56,525 bases of DNA from Chloroflexota bacterium (GTDB lineage: Bacteria > Chloroflexota > Dehalococcoidia > SM23-28-2 > HRBIN24), in contig JAUQPQ010000003.1 of the NCBI GenBank assembly GCA_030550295.1, positions 1-56,525 on the forward strand. The letters run 5' to 3'. Below, piece by piece: positions 1 to 10,332 of the stretch (the stretch's first letter is position 1; the number at the start of each line of letters is the position of its first letter). Made by a program: the position numbers and the translations under genes. The notes below the pieces were generated by a model. That model saw nothing but the letters and a program-made list of their open reading frames with translations. It did not search any database and was not told the origin of the DNA.

Positions 1-1069
1 CGTCCAAGGCGTCATACAGCTCTGGACGGTTTACGTGGGCATGTACCCTTACAGCGTTAACATTGGCTTCCCTTAACAACTGGACGTCGCGGACGATATC
101 TTCCGGGCGGTAGTGGCCCAACCATTGGGTGGGGATGATGTTTGTGCCGCGGACAAATATAGGACGTCCGTTGAGTCGCCACTCCCCGTCCTCAGTGATG
201 CGTAGCTCCCTGATGCCGAACCTCTCCTCTAGATGGTCATAGCTGCCGTCCTCGGTGCGAAGGACAAGTCGGGCTACGTAAAGCTCTGAGAGGCCATGAT
301 CCCACGTCCACCAAAGCCTAGGGGATGACACCGGCAAAAGGAGATGCAGTCGATTCTCTCCTGGCTGGAGAAAGAGCTTTTGCCCTTGAGAGAGCACCTG
401 CTGCCTGTCTGAGAGGGGCCATATCGTCAGGTCGACCTCAGCATACTGCCTTTTAGGGCTATGGACCGATGCCTGGGCCACTACCAGGGATTCCCTCTCC
501 GAGACGGATGCAGGATGGAGGCGAAGCCAGAGGACGTGAGCCTGGGGCACGTACATGAGCTCCACCCGGTTCCAAATCCCACCCGTAGGGCCCTCTTGCC
601 CGTGCTCCAGGTTCCACCCCCCTGGGCGGCAGTCGTGATGGCTGAAAACCCCCTTTATAAGCTGCTTCCTATTAGGCCATTCCTTGCCAGGCTCCTCTTT
701 GGGGCAGTCCACCCTTACTATCAGGACGTTGCTCTGCCCTAACTCCTCACCCAAGCGGAAATGGAAAGGCTGGAAGTAGCCCTCGTGGTGCCCTAAATAT
801 GAGCCGTTAAGCCAGACGTCAGCATAATAATCCACCCCGTGAAATACCAGGTAGACCACCTGATCCCCTTCAGGAGGTGGTGCCGAAAAAGCGTGGCGGA
901 ACACTACCACTCCTGTGTAGTTGGCAAGGCCAGTAAGATGCCAATTGGATGGTACGGGCATCTTGCCCCACGGCCCCGATAGCTCCAGAGGATCGTCGTG
1001 GGGTTGAGCGGTCTGGAACTCCCACTCTCCGCCAAGGTCGATAACTCTTCTATGGTGTGCATTCTGCAT
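1..1069 (-). CDS. Glycoside hydrolase family 2 (beta-mannosidase/beta-galactosidase-like), N-terminal part; runs off the window edge
   Basis: Not in the ORF track. Hand translation from ATG 1069: MQNAHHRRVIDLGGEWEF...FHGVDYYADVWLNGSYLGHHEGYFQPF...PRLWWTWDHG...RFGIREL...LNGRPIFVRGTN...ANVNAVRVHAH...ELYDALD, typical GH2 motifs, open to position 1. Confidence 0.85.
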   Translation of the reverse strand, partial: MQNAHHRRVIDLGGEWEFQTAQPHDDPLELSGPWGKMPVPSNWHLTGLANYTGVVVFRHAFSAPPPEGDQVVYLVFHGVDYYADVWLNGSYLGHHEGYFQPFHFRLGEELGQSNVLIVRVDCPKEEPGKEWPNRKQLIKGVFSHHDCRPGGWNLEHGQEGPTGGIWNRVELMYVPQAHVLWLRLHPASVSERESLVVAQASVHSPKRQYAEVDLTIWPLSDRQQVLSQGQKLFLQPGENRLHLLLPVSSPRLWWTWDHGLSELYVARLVLRTEDGSYDHLEERFGIRELRITEDGEWRLNGRPIFVRGTNIIPTQWLGHYRPEDIVRDVQLLREANVNAVRVHAHVNRPELYDALD

Positions 1070-1144
1070 GGGGCGCCATCATAATAGGGCCTTGGGTCCA
1101 GTGAGTAAAGATGGGAGTTTGAACGTTGACGGCAAGCCTCGATA

Positions 1145-2353
1145 ATGGGTTACATGGTGGCCAATAAAGACGAGATAAAGCTAATAGCATACGTCAACTT
1201 GGGCCATGCTTTAGTCCATGCCCTAGAGGTCACGTACGCTGCCTTGCTTTTACGCATTCAGGCCGATCTGGGTGGCAGAGACGCCTTTATGGGGATGGTC
1301 GCTACCCTCTTTGGCTGGACTTTTGGAGCGACGGCCCTTCCGGCTGGGCTCTTGCTGGACAGATGGGGGGCACGGCGTGTCCTCTTCGTGACGTTCTTGG
1401 GGGCCTGGTCTGCAAGCCTCATGGTAGCGGGAGCTCCCAACTTGGCTGTCTTAGCCTGTGCCATGGCGGCTCTAGGCCTGGCCGTGGGCCTTTACCATCC
1501 TGCTGGCGCTACCCTTATAGCTCAGGGAGTTCAAGAGCGGGGAGTAGCGATGGGCTACCACGGGGTGGCAGGGAATGTGGGCATGGGGATATCACCGGCA
1601 TTGGTGGGGATCATAGCCGACATCTGGAGCTGGCGAGGTGCATATGCCCTACTAGCCTTTTTGGCCTTAGCCTTGGCTGGATGGGCCTTTCTTCTTCCTG
1701 TTCGCTCGATCAGTGCCTCAGCTGGTACCAGTAGCGATAGTTCCCGTTTGCACCCCGTGGGCCGTCTCTCCTGGGCCCTAGCTGCTGTCTATGTGGCCTC
1801 GGTGCTTATGGGCATGGTGTATAGGGGCACTCTCACATTCCTCCCCACCCACATTCACGAAAGGGTGAGCCCCCAGCTTAGTGGCTCGCTCACCACTCTG
1901 GTGCTACTTCTGGGAGGAGTCGGTCAGTTGGCTGGGGGGCTCCTCACCCGCTACCTGAATATGGAGTGGCTGGCGTTGGCAGTAACGGCCATCGCCCTCC
2001 CGCCATTGCTCCTGATGGGAGTAGCCGAAGGAGGGGTTGTGGCTTTTTTGGCAGCGGCGTTCATCTTCACCAACTTCGCCCATCAGCCTATCTTTAACAC
2101 CCTGATCGCTGACTACACGCCAGGCCGGTTCGTAGGGAGGAGCTTTGGCTTGGCCTTCTGGTCGACGTTCGGCATGGGGGCACTAGGAGGGGCGGTAGCC
2201 GGCGTCCTTACAGATAGGTGGGATACGGGAGTGGCCTTTTTGGGTATGGGCGCTCTCTGGGCGCTCGCCGTTGTGGCTACGTCCTTCTTACCGTTACTTG
2301 TACGACGGACGGTCGCCTCCTCGGTAGCCTCAGCCCGTCCTGATGTTCCATAA
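1145..2353 (+). CDS. MFS transporter
   Basis: 402 aa, about 12 hydrophobic segments, motif A-like GLLLDRWGARR. Confidence 0.85.
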   Translation: MGYMVANKDEIKLIAYVNLGHALVHALEVTYAALLLRIQADLGGRDAFMGMVATLFGWTFGATALPAGLLLDRWGARRVLFVTFLGAWSASLMVAGAPNLAVLACAMAALGLAVGLYHPAGATLIAQGVQERGVAMGYHGVAGNVGMGISPALVGIIADIWSWRGAYALLAFLALALAGWAFLLPVRSISASAGTSSDSSRLHPVGRLSWALAAVYVASVLMGMVYRGTLTFLPTHIHERVSPQLSGSLTTLVLLLGGVGQLAGGLLTRYLNMEWLALAVTAIALPPLLLMGVAEGGVVAFLAAAFIFTNFAHQPIFNTLIADYTPGRFVGRSFGLAFWSTFGMGALGGAVAGVLTDRWDTGVAFLGMGALWALAVVATSFLPLLVRRTVASSVASARPDVP

Positions 2354-2368
2354 TCCTGGCAGGAGGTG

Positions 2369-3178
2369 ATGGCGATGGAATGGAAAGAAATTCTATACGA
2401 GAAGGGGGACGATGGCATAGCCATCATAACCCTAAACCGACCTGAGCGCCTCAACGCCTTTACCCGCACCATGTTGGACGAATGGTATGCGGCCCTCCAA
2501 GATGCCCACCTGGACCCGGCGGTAAAGGTGATCATAGTGACGGGCGCAGGAAGGGCCTTCTGTGCGGGAGTGGACTTGAGCACAGGTACCTCAGGGCTTA
2601 TGGACCCCAATCGCACTTTGGTGGAAAACCGGAACTTCTTGCGCGACACGGTGCAGCGAATCCCCCGTCTGGTTGCCCACTTGGACAAGCCCTACATAGC
2701 GGCAGTCAATGGCCCGGCTATGGGGGCGGGGATGGATATGGCCTCCATGGCCGATATCCGCTTCGCCTCGGAGAATGCTCGTTTCGGCATGACGTATGTG
2801 CGAGTGGGTCTCATCCCTGGCGACGGGGGCTGTTGGTACCTGCCGCGCATCGTGGGGATGGCCAAAGCCTTGGAGCTTATCTGGACCGGCGACATTATCG
2901 ATGCCCAAGAGGCGTTGCACATCGGCTACGTGAGCAAGGTGCTGCCACCGGACGAACTGATGCCCTACACTTTGGACTTCGCACGCCGCCTAGCACAGGG
3001 GCCTTCAGTGGCGATACAGCTTTCTAAACGCCTGGCCTATCGAGGCCTTCATATAGATGTTGATGCGGCCCTAGAGGAGGCCCAGGATGCTATGGTCATC
3101 GTCCAGATGACGGAAGATGCTCGCGAGGGGCCCCGTGCCTTTCGTGAGAAGAGGCCGCCCCAGTTCAAGGGGCGCTAA
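2369..3178 (+). CDS. Enoyl-CoA hydratase/isomerase (crotonase superfamily)
   Basis: LNRPERLNA, GRAFCAGVDL, AAVNGPAMGAG, C-terminal EKRPPQFKGR; SD GGAGG upstream. Confidence 0.9.
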   Translation: MAMEWKEILYEKGDDGIAIITLNRPERLNAFTRTMLDEWYAALQDAHLDPAVKVIIVTGAGRAFCAGVDLSTGTSGLMDPNRTLVENRNFLRDTVQRIPRLVAHLDKPYIAAVNGPAMGAGMDMASMADIRFASENARFGMTYVRVGLIPGDGGCWYLPRIVGMAKALELIWTGDIIDAQEALHIGYVSKVLPPDELMPYTLDFARRLAQGPSVAIQLSKRLAYRGLHIDVDAALEEAQDAMVIVQMTEDAREGPRAFREKRPPQFKGR

Positions 3179-4296
3179 GGGGCAGTGCCCAGACGCTGCG
3201 CCAGGGCCTCGCTGGCCCTACGCATCCTTTCTAGTACAGCCTTCGCCTCCTCCCCTTCCAAGGGATAAGGCCGAGCATAGTTCTCGATAATGATGGGCGA
3301 GAACTCGACCTTCACTAGCTGGCGGTCATAGAAGGTATAACGGCCTATGACCCCCACGCGCGTCTCATAGCTCCACATCTGGTCGAATATGAAATTGCCG
3401 TGGGCGTAAACGATGAGCTTACCCTTGTACACCTCCGCTGCCTGCACCCAGTGGGGATGGTTGCCGAGCACCAAGTCGGCCCCAGCCTCTACCGCTAGGT
3501 GTGCTATATCTATGGGGTTGTCTGGGGCGATGCCTGGGGCTGGCTCGGGTATATCCACGTACTCCATCCCCCAGTGGAACGCCACCACTACTACATCGGC
3601 CTGCTGCCTAAGGGAAGATAGCGTCTCCTTAATAAGATCTCGGTCAAAGTATTCTCCTACTCCGTTGAAAGCCACGATGCCGAACCGGAGTCCCCGCACG
3701 TCTATGATGGCAGGGTGCCAGCGGTCGGCCCAGGCCAAATTGTGGGCTTCCAAGAGCGCCTTAGTTCTGGCGATAGCCTGAGGGCCGTAGTCGCCTATGT
3801 GGTTGTTCTCTAAGGTGACCACATCGGTCCCGAGGGCTTTCAAGGCCTCCACAAATCCGGGCCGGCTGCAAAACACGTATCCTGAGGCGTGGTAGGGGCA
3901 CTCCTCGATGAGGGGCGTTTCCATGTTCACGACCGTTATGTCAGCGTCACGGGTGAGGTGCGCCACGTCTCGCACCGTATACAAGAAGTCGTCGCCCCGC
4001 TGCCGAATGACCACATCGACCATGCGCCCCGGCACGACGTCTCCCGTGGCGACTAGCACTCGCACCTTGGACGGATCCATATATACCGAGCCAGAGGTTG
4101 AGGGCGTAAATACGTCACGTATGGATGCGATGGCTGGAGGGGGTGGGAGAGTGGGCGTTACTGTCGGTGTGGATGCAGGGGTATGAGCAACCGTCTGCCA
4201 ATGCACTATTGGGCGACCCTCCGCTTTGCAGGCCATGGCCACCGCTACCAAGAAGCCGGCGAGTAACCAGAGTGGTCTCGGCCTTTGTGGCCCCAT
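3175..4296 (-). CDS. CapA/PgsA-family metallophosphoesterase, probable lipoprotein
   Basis: ATGDV, NMET, LENNHIGDYG, FHWGME, GNHPHWVQ and GNFIFDQ motifs; signal peptide ending AMAC and a Pro/Thr linker. Confidence 0.85.
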   Translation of the reverse strand: MGPQRPRPLWLLAGFLVAVAMACKAEGRPIVHWQTVAHTPASTPTVTPTLPPPPAIASIRDVFTPSTSGSVYMDPSKVRVLVATGDVVPGRMVDVVIRQRGDDFLYTVRDVAHLTRDADITVVNMETPLIEECPYHASGYVFCSRPGFVEALKALGTDVVTLENNHIGDYGPQAIARTKALLEAHNLAWADRWHPAIIDVRGLRFGIVAFNGVGEYFDRDLIKETLSSLRQQADVVVVAFHWGMEYVDIPEPAPGIAPDNPIDIAHLAVEAGADLVLGNHPHWVQAAEVYKGKLIVYAHGNFIFDQMWSYETRVGVIGRYTFYDRQLVKVEFSPIIIENYARPYPLEGEEAKAVLERMRRASEALAQRLGTAP

Positions 4297-4367
4297 CGTT
4301 GGATCAATTGTATACTACAGCTGAACTATGGTGGCGCTGGTATCTAAGCCGTCGGGGGGGTAAGGTC

Positions 4368-5555
4368 ATGGACTTCAGATTTTCGCCCGAGGACGAGGCC
4401 TTCAGGCAAGAGGTGAGGGAGTTCTTGCAGCGGGAGTGGCCACAAGATGAGATAGGCGGGGCGGAAAGCCCTTTGGGTTATGGTGGTGGTCGCGGTCTGG
4501 AAGATATCAAGGCCTTGCAGAAGAAGTTGGCCCAAAAGGGCTGGTTAACCATGGCCTGGCCCAAAGAGTACGGTGGCCAGGGAGCAAGCATCTGGCGCCA
4601 AGTTATCTACAATGAAGAGATGGCCTATCATCGTGCCCCTCAGCAGCTGGGAGTGGGGCCAGACAGAGTAGGGCCCACCATTATGATCTACGGGACGGAG
4701 GATCAGAAGGCCCAGTTCTTGCCACCCATCGCTAAGGCAGAGGTGATCTGGTGTCAGGGTTTCAGCGAGCCTGGGGCAGGGTCAGACTTGGCCTCCCTCC
4801 AGACCACAGCAGTGCTGGAAGGGGACTATTTCGTCATTAATGGGCAAAAGATCTGGACTTCCTTGGCCCATGTGGCTGACTGGATGATCTTGCTGGCCCG
4901 GACCGACCCTGACGCCCCTAAGCACAAGGGGATCTCTTATTTCCTGGTGGATATGAAAACCACGGGGATTACCGTTCGCCCCCTTTACGATATCACGGGG
5001 CGACATGCCTTTAACCAAGTGTTCTTTGACAATGTGCGCGTCCCCAAGTCTCACTTGGTGGGTGAGCTGAATCGGGGATGGTATGTGGCAGCAGCCACCC
5101 TGGACTTTGAACGTTCAGGGATAAACAGGGTCATGGCGGGCATCCGCAGTTACGAGGAGTTGGTGGAATACAGCAAGGAGACCCGTGTGGGCAGCCGTCC
5201 CCTCATCAGCCTACCCAACGTGCGGCATAAGCTGGCCGAGCTAAAGATCGAGTTTGAGGTGGGGCGTATGCTGGCATACAGGGTGGCCTCTATTCAGGCG
5301 GCCGGCCGCATACCTAACCAAGAGGCCTCCGTAAGCAAGCTATTTGGGTCTGAGCTACAGCAGAGGTTGGCGGCGGCTGGAATAAGCATTTTGGGGCTAG
5401 GTGGCGCCCTGAGGCCTGGGAGCAAATGGGCCCCCCTGGCCGGGCGCATCGCTGACTACTATTTAGCTGCAGTGGCTACCACCATCGCTGCTGGCACCTC
5501 TGAGATTATGCGCAACATCATAGCTATCCGGGGCCTAGGCTTGCCCAGGGGGTAG
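4368..5555 (+). CDS. Acyl-CoA dehydrogenase (FadE-like)
   Basis: MDFRFSPEDEAFRQEVR start, WCQGFSEPGAGSDLASL, NGQKIWTS, IAAGTSEIMRNIIA; start moved to ATG 4368. Confidence 0.9.
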   Translation: MDFRFSPEDEAFRQEVREFLQREWPQDEIGGAESPLGYGGGRGLEDIKALQKKLAQKGWLTMAWPKEYGGQGASIWRQVIYNEEMAYHRAPQQLGVGPDRVGPTIMIYGTEDQKAQFLPPIAKAEVIWCQGFSEPGAGSDLASLQTTAVLEGDYFVINGQKIWTSLAHVADWMILLARTDPDAPKHKGISYFLVDMKTTGITVRPLYDITGRHAFNQVFFDNVRVPKSHLVGELNRGWYVAAATLDFERSGINRVMAGIRSYEELVEYSKETRVGSRPLISLPNVRHKLAELKIEFEVGRMLAYRVASIQAAGRIPNQEASVSKLFGSELQQRLAAAGISILGLGGALRPGSKWAPLAGRIADYYLAAVATTIAAGTSEIMRNIIAIRGLGLPRG

Positions 5556-5596
5556 GACCCTCTCCCCAGTCTCTTGCCGGCCTCTGGGTCAGCTCC

Positions 5597-6313
5597 ATGG
5601 CGAAAAACAGGAGAGGATTGACATCGCAGCCTCTTGGTGACCCCATCATCGCATACTTCCGAGACGCCTTTCTCATAGGGGCTGGGGCTACCCACTTGTA
5701 CCTGGTGCGCCATGCTCAATCTATGAGCAATACAGGGGAAGCGAACATTTATGATGATCCTCCCCTGACAGAGGTAGGTATAGAGCAGGCCCGGCGCCTG
5801 GCCAAGCGTCTGAGCTACCAGAGCATTACGGCCATCTACTCTAGCCCCCTTAAGAGGGCCCTTCAGACCGCTCAAATAGTGGCGGAGGCCCTTAGCTTGT
5901 CCGTCCAAGTGGACGAGGGGCTGCGAGAGGTGATCATGGGCAGCCCCACTACCGATGTAAGGAGCCTTATAGGGCCGGAGGCGCTAGAGGCAGCGCGACG
6001 TATCGCTAAGACGTTGCGGTGGGATGCCTTTCCTGGCTCAGAGGGGAGCAGATCCGCCCGCAAGCGAGTAAGGACGGCAATTGACGCCATAGCGCGTAGG
6101 CATCCCAGGGGGCGCATAGTCCTTGTAACCCACGCAGGTGTTATCCAAACGTACGTGAGTATAGTCCTAGGCATAAACAAAGACTTCTTGTTCTATCCCT
6201 TCAACGCGGGCATCACATCGATCAGGGTCAAGGGTCGGCGCCGCGTGCTATGGCGCCTCAACGATGTAGCCCACCTAGACGGCCTTCCCTCCGGCTTTGG
6301 TGGCATATCCTAA
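5597..6313 (+). CDS. Histidine phosphatase (phosphoglycerate mutase family)
   Basis: LYLVRHAQS, SSPLKRALQTA, LRE, LVTHAG, LNDVAHL. Confidence 0.85.
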   Translation: MAKNRRGLTSQPLGDPIIAYFRDAFLIGAGATHLYLVRHAQSMSNTGEANIYDDPPLTEVGIEQARRLAKRLSYQSITAIYSSPLKRALQTAQIVAEALSLSVQVDEGLREVIMGSPTTDVRSLIGPEALEAARRIAKTLRWDAFPGSEGSRSARKRVRTAIDAIARRHPRGRIVLVTHAGVIQTYVSIVLGINKDFLFYPFNAGITSIRVKGRRRVLWRLNDVAHLDGLPSGFGGIS

Positions 6314-7440
6314 AGCAGCCGCCTAACGTCGGTCTTTTCGTAACGTCGCAGCTTCTCCTCGTCTAGCTGGATGCCAAGCCCAGGGCCCTGTGGGACGTGC
6401 ACATAGCCCTGTTGGTCCACCTGGAGGGGTTCAGTAAGCATGAAGTCGCGGATCTCAGGCGTCCAGCACGGAGGTTCTAGAGGGAACTCAAGGAAAGTCA
6501 CTCCTCCTGCCGCTGCCACGTGCATGTTGGCCACCAGGCCTATCCCGTTGGTCCAAGTGTGGGGCGTAAACTCCCGTTTGGCCTGCCTGATCATGAAGGC
6601 GAGGCGGTGGCACGTCCAGATGCCCCCTACGAAGGTGCAATCGGGCTGGTAGACGTCAAGGGAATTATGTTCTAGGTAAGCTGATATCTCCTCTGGGCCG
6701 CGGGCCAGTTCGCCCCCAGCGAGGCGTAGCGAGTTCAAATGTGACCTGAGCTCGGCCAGGCCGTGGTAGTCGAAGGCGTCAAGGGGCTCCTCTAGCCAGT
6801 ACACTCCCATGGCCTCCAGCTCTTTGGCTACCCATATAGCAGTGCGTAAGTCCCACCGGTGCGGCTGCTGATCAGGGGCGATGCGCCATCCCCAGTTAGC
6901 GTCCACCATGATGGTCATGGAATCGCCCACAGAGGTGCGCACCGCCTCCAGCACCTTTAAGTCTTCCCTGGGATCGGCCGAGTGGAAGCGGAGCTTGATG
7001 GCGCGGAACCCAAGAGCTTGGAACTCTTGTACCACGTCCACCCTCTCAGCTGCTGGCCGTAGCTCAGCAGTAGAGGCGTAGGCCAAAAGCCGGGGCTCGC
7101 CACCTCCTAGTAGGCGGTAGATGGGCTCTCCCAAGGCCTTCCCCACGATGTCCCACAGGGCTACCTCCAAAGCCCAAGGCCTACCCACGAAGAAAGAGAA
7201 TGACCGCAGGTTCTCCACGTGACGCACGATGTCCATGGGGTCTTGTCCCACGAGGAGGGCCCCGGCTACGTCCCAGCGCACCGGCACACCCCCTGAGCCT
7301 ACCCCCACAATCCCTTCGTCTGTGTGGACTTCTACCACATGCACTCGGGCGACATGGCTTGGGAAAGGCTGCCAGGTGGGGTGGAAGGCTCGAGGCAGGG
7401 GGAACTCGAAGACCCTAGTCTTTACTTCTGTGACCTTCAC
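6310..7440 (-). CDS. Mandelate racemase/muconate lactonizing (enolase superfamily) enzyme
   Basis: ALWDIVGK, IKLR, MVDAN, WLEEP, AGGE, PH, PGLGI; GTG 7440 follows SD GGAGGT. Confidence 0.88.
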   Translation of the reverse strand: MKVTEVKTRVFEFPLPRAFHPTWQPFPSHVARVHVVEVHTDEGIVGVGSGGVPVRWDVAGALLVGQDPMDIVRHVENLRSFSFFVGRPWALEVALWDIVGKALGEPIYRLLGGGEPRLLAYASTAELRPAAERVDVVQEFQALGFRAIKLRFHSADPREDLKVLEAVRTSVGDSMTIMVDANWGWRIAPDQQPHRWDLRTAIWVAKELEAMGVYWLEEPLDAFDYHGLAELRSHLNSLRLAGGELARGPEEISAYLEHNSLDVYQPDCTFVGGIWTCHRLAFMIRQAKREFTPHTWTNGIGLVANMHVAAAGGVTFLEFPLEPPCWTPEIRDFMLTEPLQVDQQGYVHVPQGPGLGIQLDEEKLRRYEKTDVRRLL

Positions 7441-7535
7441 TGCACCTCCCTGAATCACAGGCCGTTAACTTTAGTAGGCACTTGCTATTCTAAGCGATCC
7501 ACAAGTAATCTGTGGAAGGCAAATGGAGGTGTGCC

Positions 7536-8729
7536 ATGCCTGGCCCGTTGGAAGGGATAAGGGTTCTGGATTTCACCATCGCTCAGCAGGGGCCCTATGC
7601 CACTCTTTTGCTATCCCACATGGGAGCTGAGGTAATTAAGGTAGAGATCCCTGGCCGGGGCGACGTCACCCGGGAGATAGCCCGCGATCGCCGTACCAGG
7701 CTGAGCTACTGCTTTTTGGCTCTCAACCTAGGGAAAAAGAGTGTGACCATCAACTTGAAAAGCGCTAAAGGGCGGCAGCTGGTTCTAGACCTAGTCCAGC
7801 ATTGCGACGTGGTGGTGGAGAACTTCAACCCTGGCGTCATGGAACGGCTGGGGCTAAGTTATGAAACGCTGCGAGCGGTCAACCCGAGGATTATATACGC
7901 CAGTGCATCGGCCTTTGGCACGAAAGGCCCTTGGGGGAAACTCCCCGGGGTAGACCTGTTGGCCCAGGCGATGGGTGGCCTCATGAGCGTTACTGGGTAC
8001 CCAGGAGAGCCTCCCCACCCAGTGGGGGCAGCCGTAGCCGACCACATTGGCGCAGTCACTTTGGCCCTAGGGGTGGTAGCTGCCCTTGTGGCCAGGGAGC
8101 ATACTGGTCAGGGGCAAAAGGTGGAGACGTCCCTCCTAGGAAGCATCATGGCTGCCCAGTCTTGGGAGATCGCCTATTACCTTAACAGTGGGGAATCGCC
8201 TTCAAAGGCGGGGAGGGGCCATAGCCTAGTCCCCCATATTTACGGCGTCTATAGGACGGCCGACGGTTTTCTAGCCATAGGGACGGTGCCTATAGAGCAG
8301 TGGGAGCAGTTCTGTCAGGCCATCGGACTGCCCCACCTGGCCTCAGACCCACGCTTTGCGCGGTTAGGGGAACGTCTACGTCGGTTAGAAGAGCTGCGTC
8401 CTATCCTGGACGACCACTTCTCCCAGCGCCCTACCGAAGAATGGGTAGCGTGTCTTCGGGCCATTGATATCCCGGCTGGCCCAGTGCTGGACTACATCGA
8501 AATGGCTAAAGAGGAACAGGTTCACGCCAACAGGTACCTGGTGCAGATAGAGCACCCGAGGGCGGGGGAGGTAACGGTGGTCAACGTGCCCATACAGTTT
8601 TCGGCTACCCCTGGCTCCATAAAGGGGCCAGAGCCAGAGCTAGGCCAACACACTGAGGAAGTGCTAAGCATCTACCTGGGCCTGTCTGCTGAAGAGATAG
8701 CAACCCTCCGGGCCGATGGCGTTATCTAA
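7536..8729 (+). CDS. Family III CoA-transferase (CaiB/BaiF)
   Basis: GPLEGIRVLDF, GAEVIKVE, NLGKKSV, ENFNPG, catalytic VAD, PELGQHT. Confidence 0.9.
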   Translation: MPGPLEGIRVLDFTIAQQGPYATLLLSHMGAEVIKVEIPGRGDVTREIARDRRTRLSYCFLALNLGKKSVTINLKSAKGRQLVLDLVQHCDVVVENFNPGVMERLGLSYETLRAVNPRIIYASASAFGTKGPWGKLPGVDLLAQAMGGLMSVTGYPGEPPHPVGAAVADHIGAVTLALGVVAALVAREHTGQGQKVETSLLGSIMAAQSWEIAYYLNSGESPSKAGRGHSLVPHIYGVYRTADGFLAIGTVPIEQWEQFCQAIGLPHLASDPRFARLGERLRRLEELRPILDDHFSQRPTEEWVACLRAIDIPAGPVLDYIEMAKEEQVHANRYLVQIEHPRAGEVTVVNVPIQFSATPGSIKGPEPELGQHTEEVLSIYLGLSAEEIATLRADGVI

Positions 8730-10003
8730 GGCGACGTCTCCTCTAATCGTCCCTGATACAGCAAGGGGACGGGGCTAGGGAGAGGGCCCATGACCACCCC
8801 AGCCTCCCTCAATGAGGCTATCTCCTGGTCTGAAAGCCCCAGAAGTTCCCGTAGTATTTCGTCAGTGTGTTCCCCCAGGGCAGGAGGTGGCCCTTTGACA
8901 CCACCAGGAGTGACGGAGAGCTTAACAGGGGTATTGGGCACCTTCAAGCGAAAGCCCTTAGGGTGTTCTACTTCCACAAACATCTCCCTGGCAAGAATTT
9001 GGGGCATCTCGGCTGCCTGGGCGATGTTGTTCAAGGGCCCGCAAGGGATGCCCACCCCTCCCAGCTCCTCCAACCACTCTTGAGTAGTCTTCTGGCGGAA
9101 CGCCTCCGAAAGGATAGGCTCCAGAAGGTGATGATGCCGCGTGCGCAGTGCCGGGGTCTCGAAGCGGGGGTCATCGATGAGGTGAGCTAGACCCAAGAGG
9201 GCCAGCAAGATCTCCCACTGGTTCTCTACCCCCCAGCTGAGGGCGACCACGATCCACCCGTCCTTAGTAGGGAACGCCTGGAAAGGGGTGACCGATGGGT
9301 GCCTGGTCCCTAGGGGGCCAGGGACTTCCCCAGTGGCGAAATAGCGCACAAAGGCGTTTTCTAAAATGGCGATCTGGCAGTCCAGCATGCTTATGTCTAC
9401 CATTTGGCCTCGGCCAGTCCTATCCCTCTCCCTCAGGGCAGCAAGGATGCCGATGGCGGCGAAAAGTCCTGCTGCAATGTCGCCAAGGGAAATGCCTGGC
9501 CGCACCGGGGGGCCATCAGGGTAACCGGTGATGCTCATGATACCGCCCATCCCCTGGACGATGATGTCTAGGGCTGGCTTTTCCCGCCATGGCCCTGTTT
9601 GCCCGAAGCCCGAAACAGCGCAATATACGAGGCGGGGGTTACGCTGGGAGAGCACCTGATAGCCTAGGCCGAGCTTTTCCATCGTCCCAGGGGTGAAGTT
9701 CTCCACCAGAACATCGGCCTTCTCGACGAGGCGCAGGAGGAGCTCTTGGCCTTCCGACCGTTTAAGGTCGATGCATATGCTGCGCTTGCCCCGGTTGATG
9801 GAAAAGAAGTAGGCTGATTCATCGTCTATATAGGGCTCGGTGGTGCGGGCGACATCGCCATAAGGGGTTCGCTCCACCTTTATGACGTCGGCCCCCAAAT
9901 CGCACATGATCATGGTGGCAAAGGGCCCCGCCAATACCCAGCTCAAGTCTAGGACTACCAAGCCTTCGAGGGGCCCTCTTGTAGGACGCCTCTTTTCCCC
10001 CAT
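8726..10003 (-). CDS. Family III CoA-transferase (CaiB/BaiF)
   Basis: GPLEGLVVLDLS, AGPF, NRGKRS, ENFTPG, SLGD, PALGEHT. Confidence 0.9.
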   Translation of the reverse strand: MGEKRRPTRGPLEGLVVLDLSWVLAGPFATMIMCDLGADVIKVERTPYGDVARTTEPYIDDESAYFFSINRGKRSICIDLKRSEGQELLLRLVEKADVLVENFTPGTMEKLGLGYQVLSQRNPRLVYCAVSGFGQTGPWREKPALDIIVQGMGGIMSITGYPDGPPVRPGISLGDIAAGLFAAIGILAALRERDRTGRGQMVDISMLDCQIAILENAFVRYFATGEVPGPLGTRHPSVTPFQAFPTKDGWIVVALSWGVENQWEILLALLGLAHLIDDPRFETPALRTRHHHLLEPILSEAFRQKTTQEWLEELGGVGIPCGPLNNIAQAAEMPQILAREMFVEVEHPKGFRLKVPNTPVKLSVTPGGVKGPPPALGEHTDEILRELLGLSDQEIASLREAGVVMGPLPSPVPLLYQGRLEETSP

Positions 10004-10053
10004 GGCCGCTTATTTATTGTAGCTAGCCATAGGGGCGAACGGTATGGATGCTC

Positions 10054-10332
10054 CTAGGGCTGGGAGGTAGATAGGGTAAGTCTGGGGCCCTCTTCCGTTT
10101 CCTCAGCGTCGATGGTGGCCTCAGCCAGAAGGGCTGCCACATCGGGCGCTACCAAGAGCACGGCCTCTTCGCCACTCCGGTATACCTGGTCCCCTTCCCT
10201 CTCTTGGTCGAAGGCCAACTCGAATCCCCCTCCCCGTTGGACGAGGCGCAATACCTCTTCAGGGGAGCTGGCTAGCTCCAACTTGATCTCTTTTAGGAGC
10301 TCTGCTGCCTTCTCGGTCACTCTTAGCGCCAT
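10054..10332 (-). CDS. Small HesB/IscA-fold-like protein lacking cysteines
   Basis: MALRVTEKAAELLK...VLRL...GFELAFD...GDQV...LLVAPD...ATID pattern resembles the HesB-like fold; no Cys. Confidence 0.55.
   Translation of the reverse strand: MALRVTEKAAELLKEIKLELASSPEEVLRLVQRGGGFELAFDQEREGDQVYRSGEEAVLLVAPDVAALLAEATIDAEETEEGPRLTLSTSQP

Noticed and set aside
10054-10332. HesB-like selenoprotein
   Set aside because: No in-frame TGA; the ORF ends in TAG.
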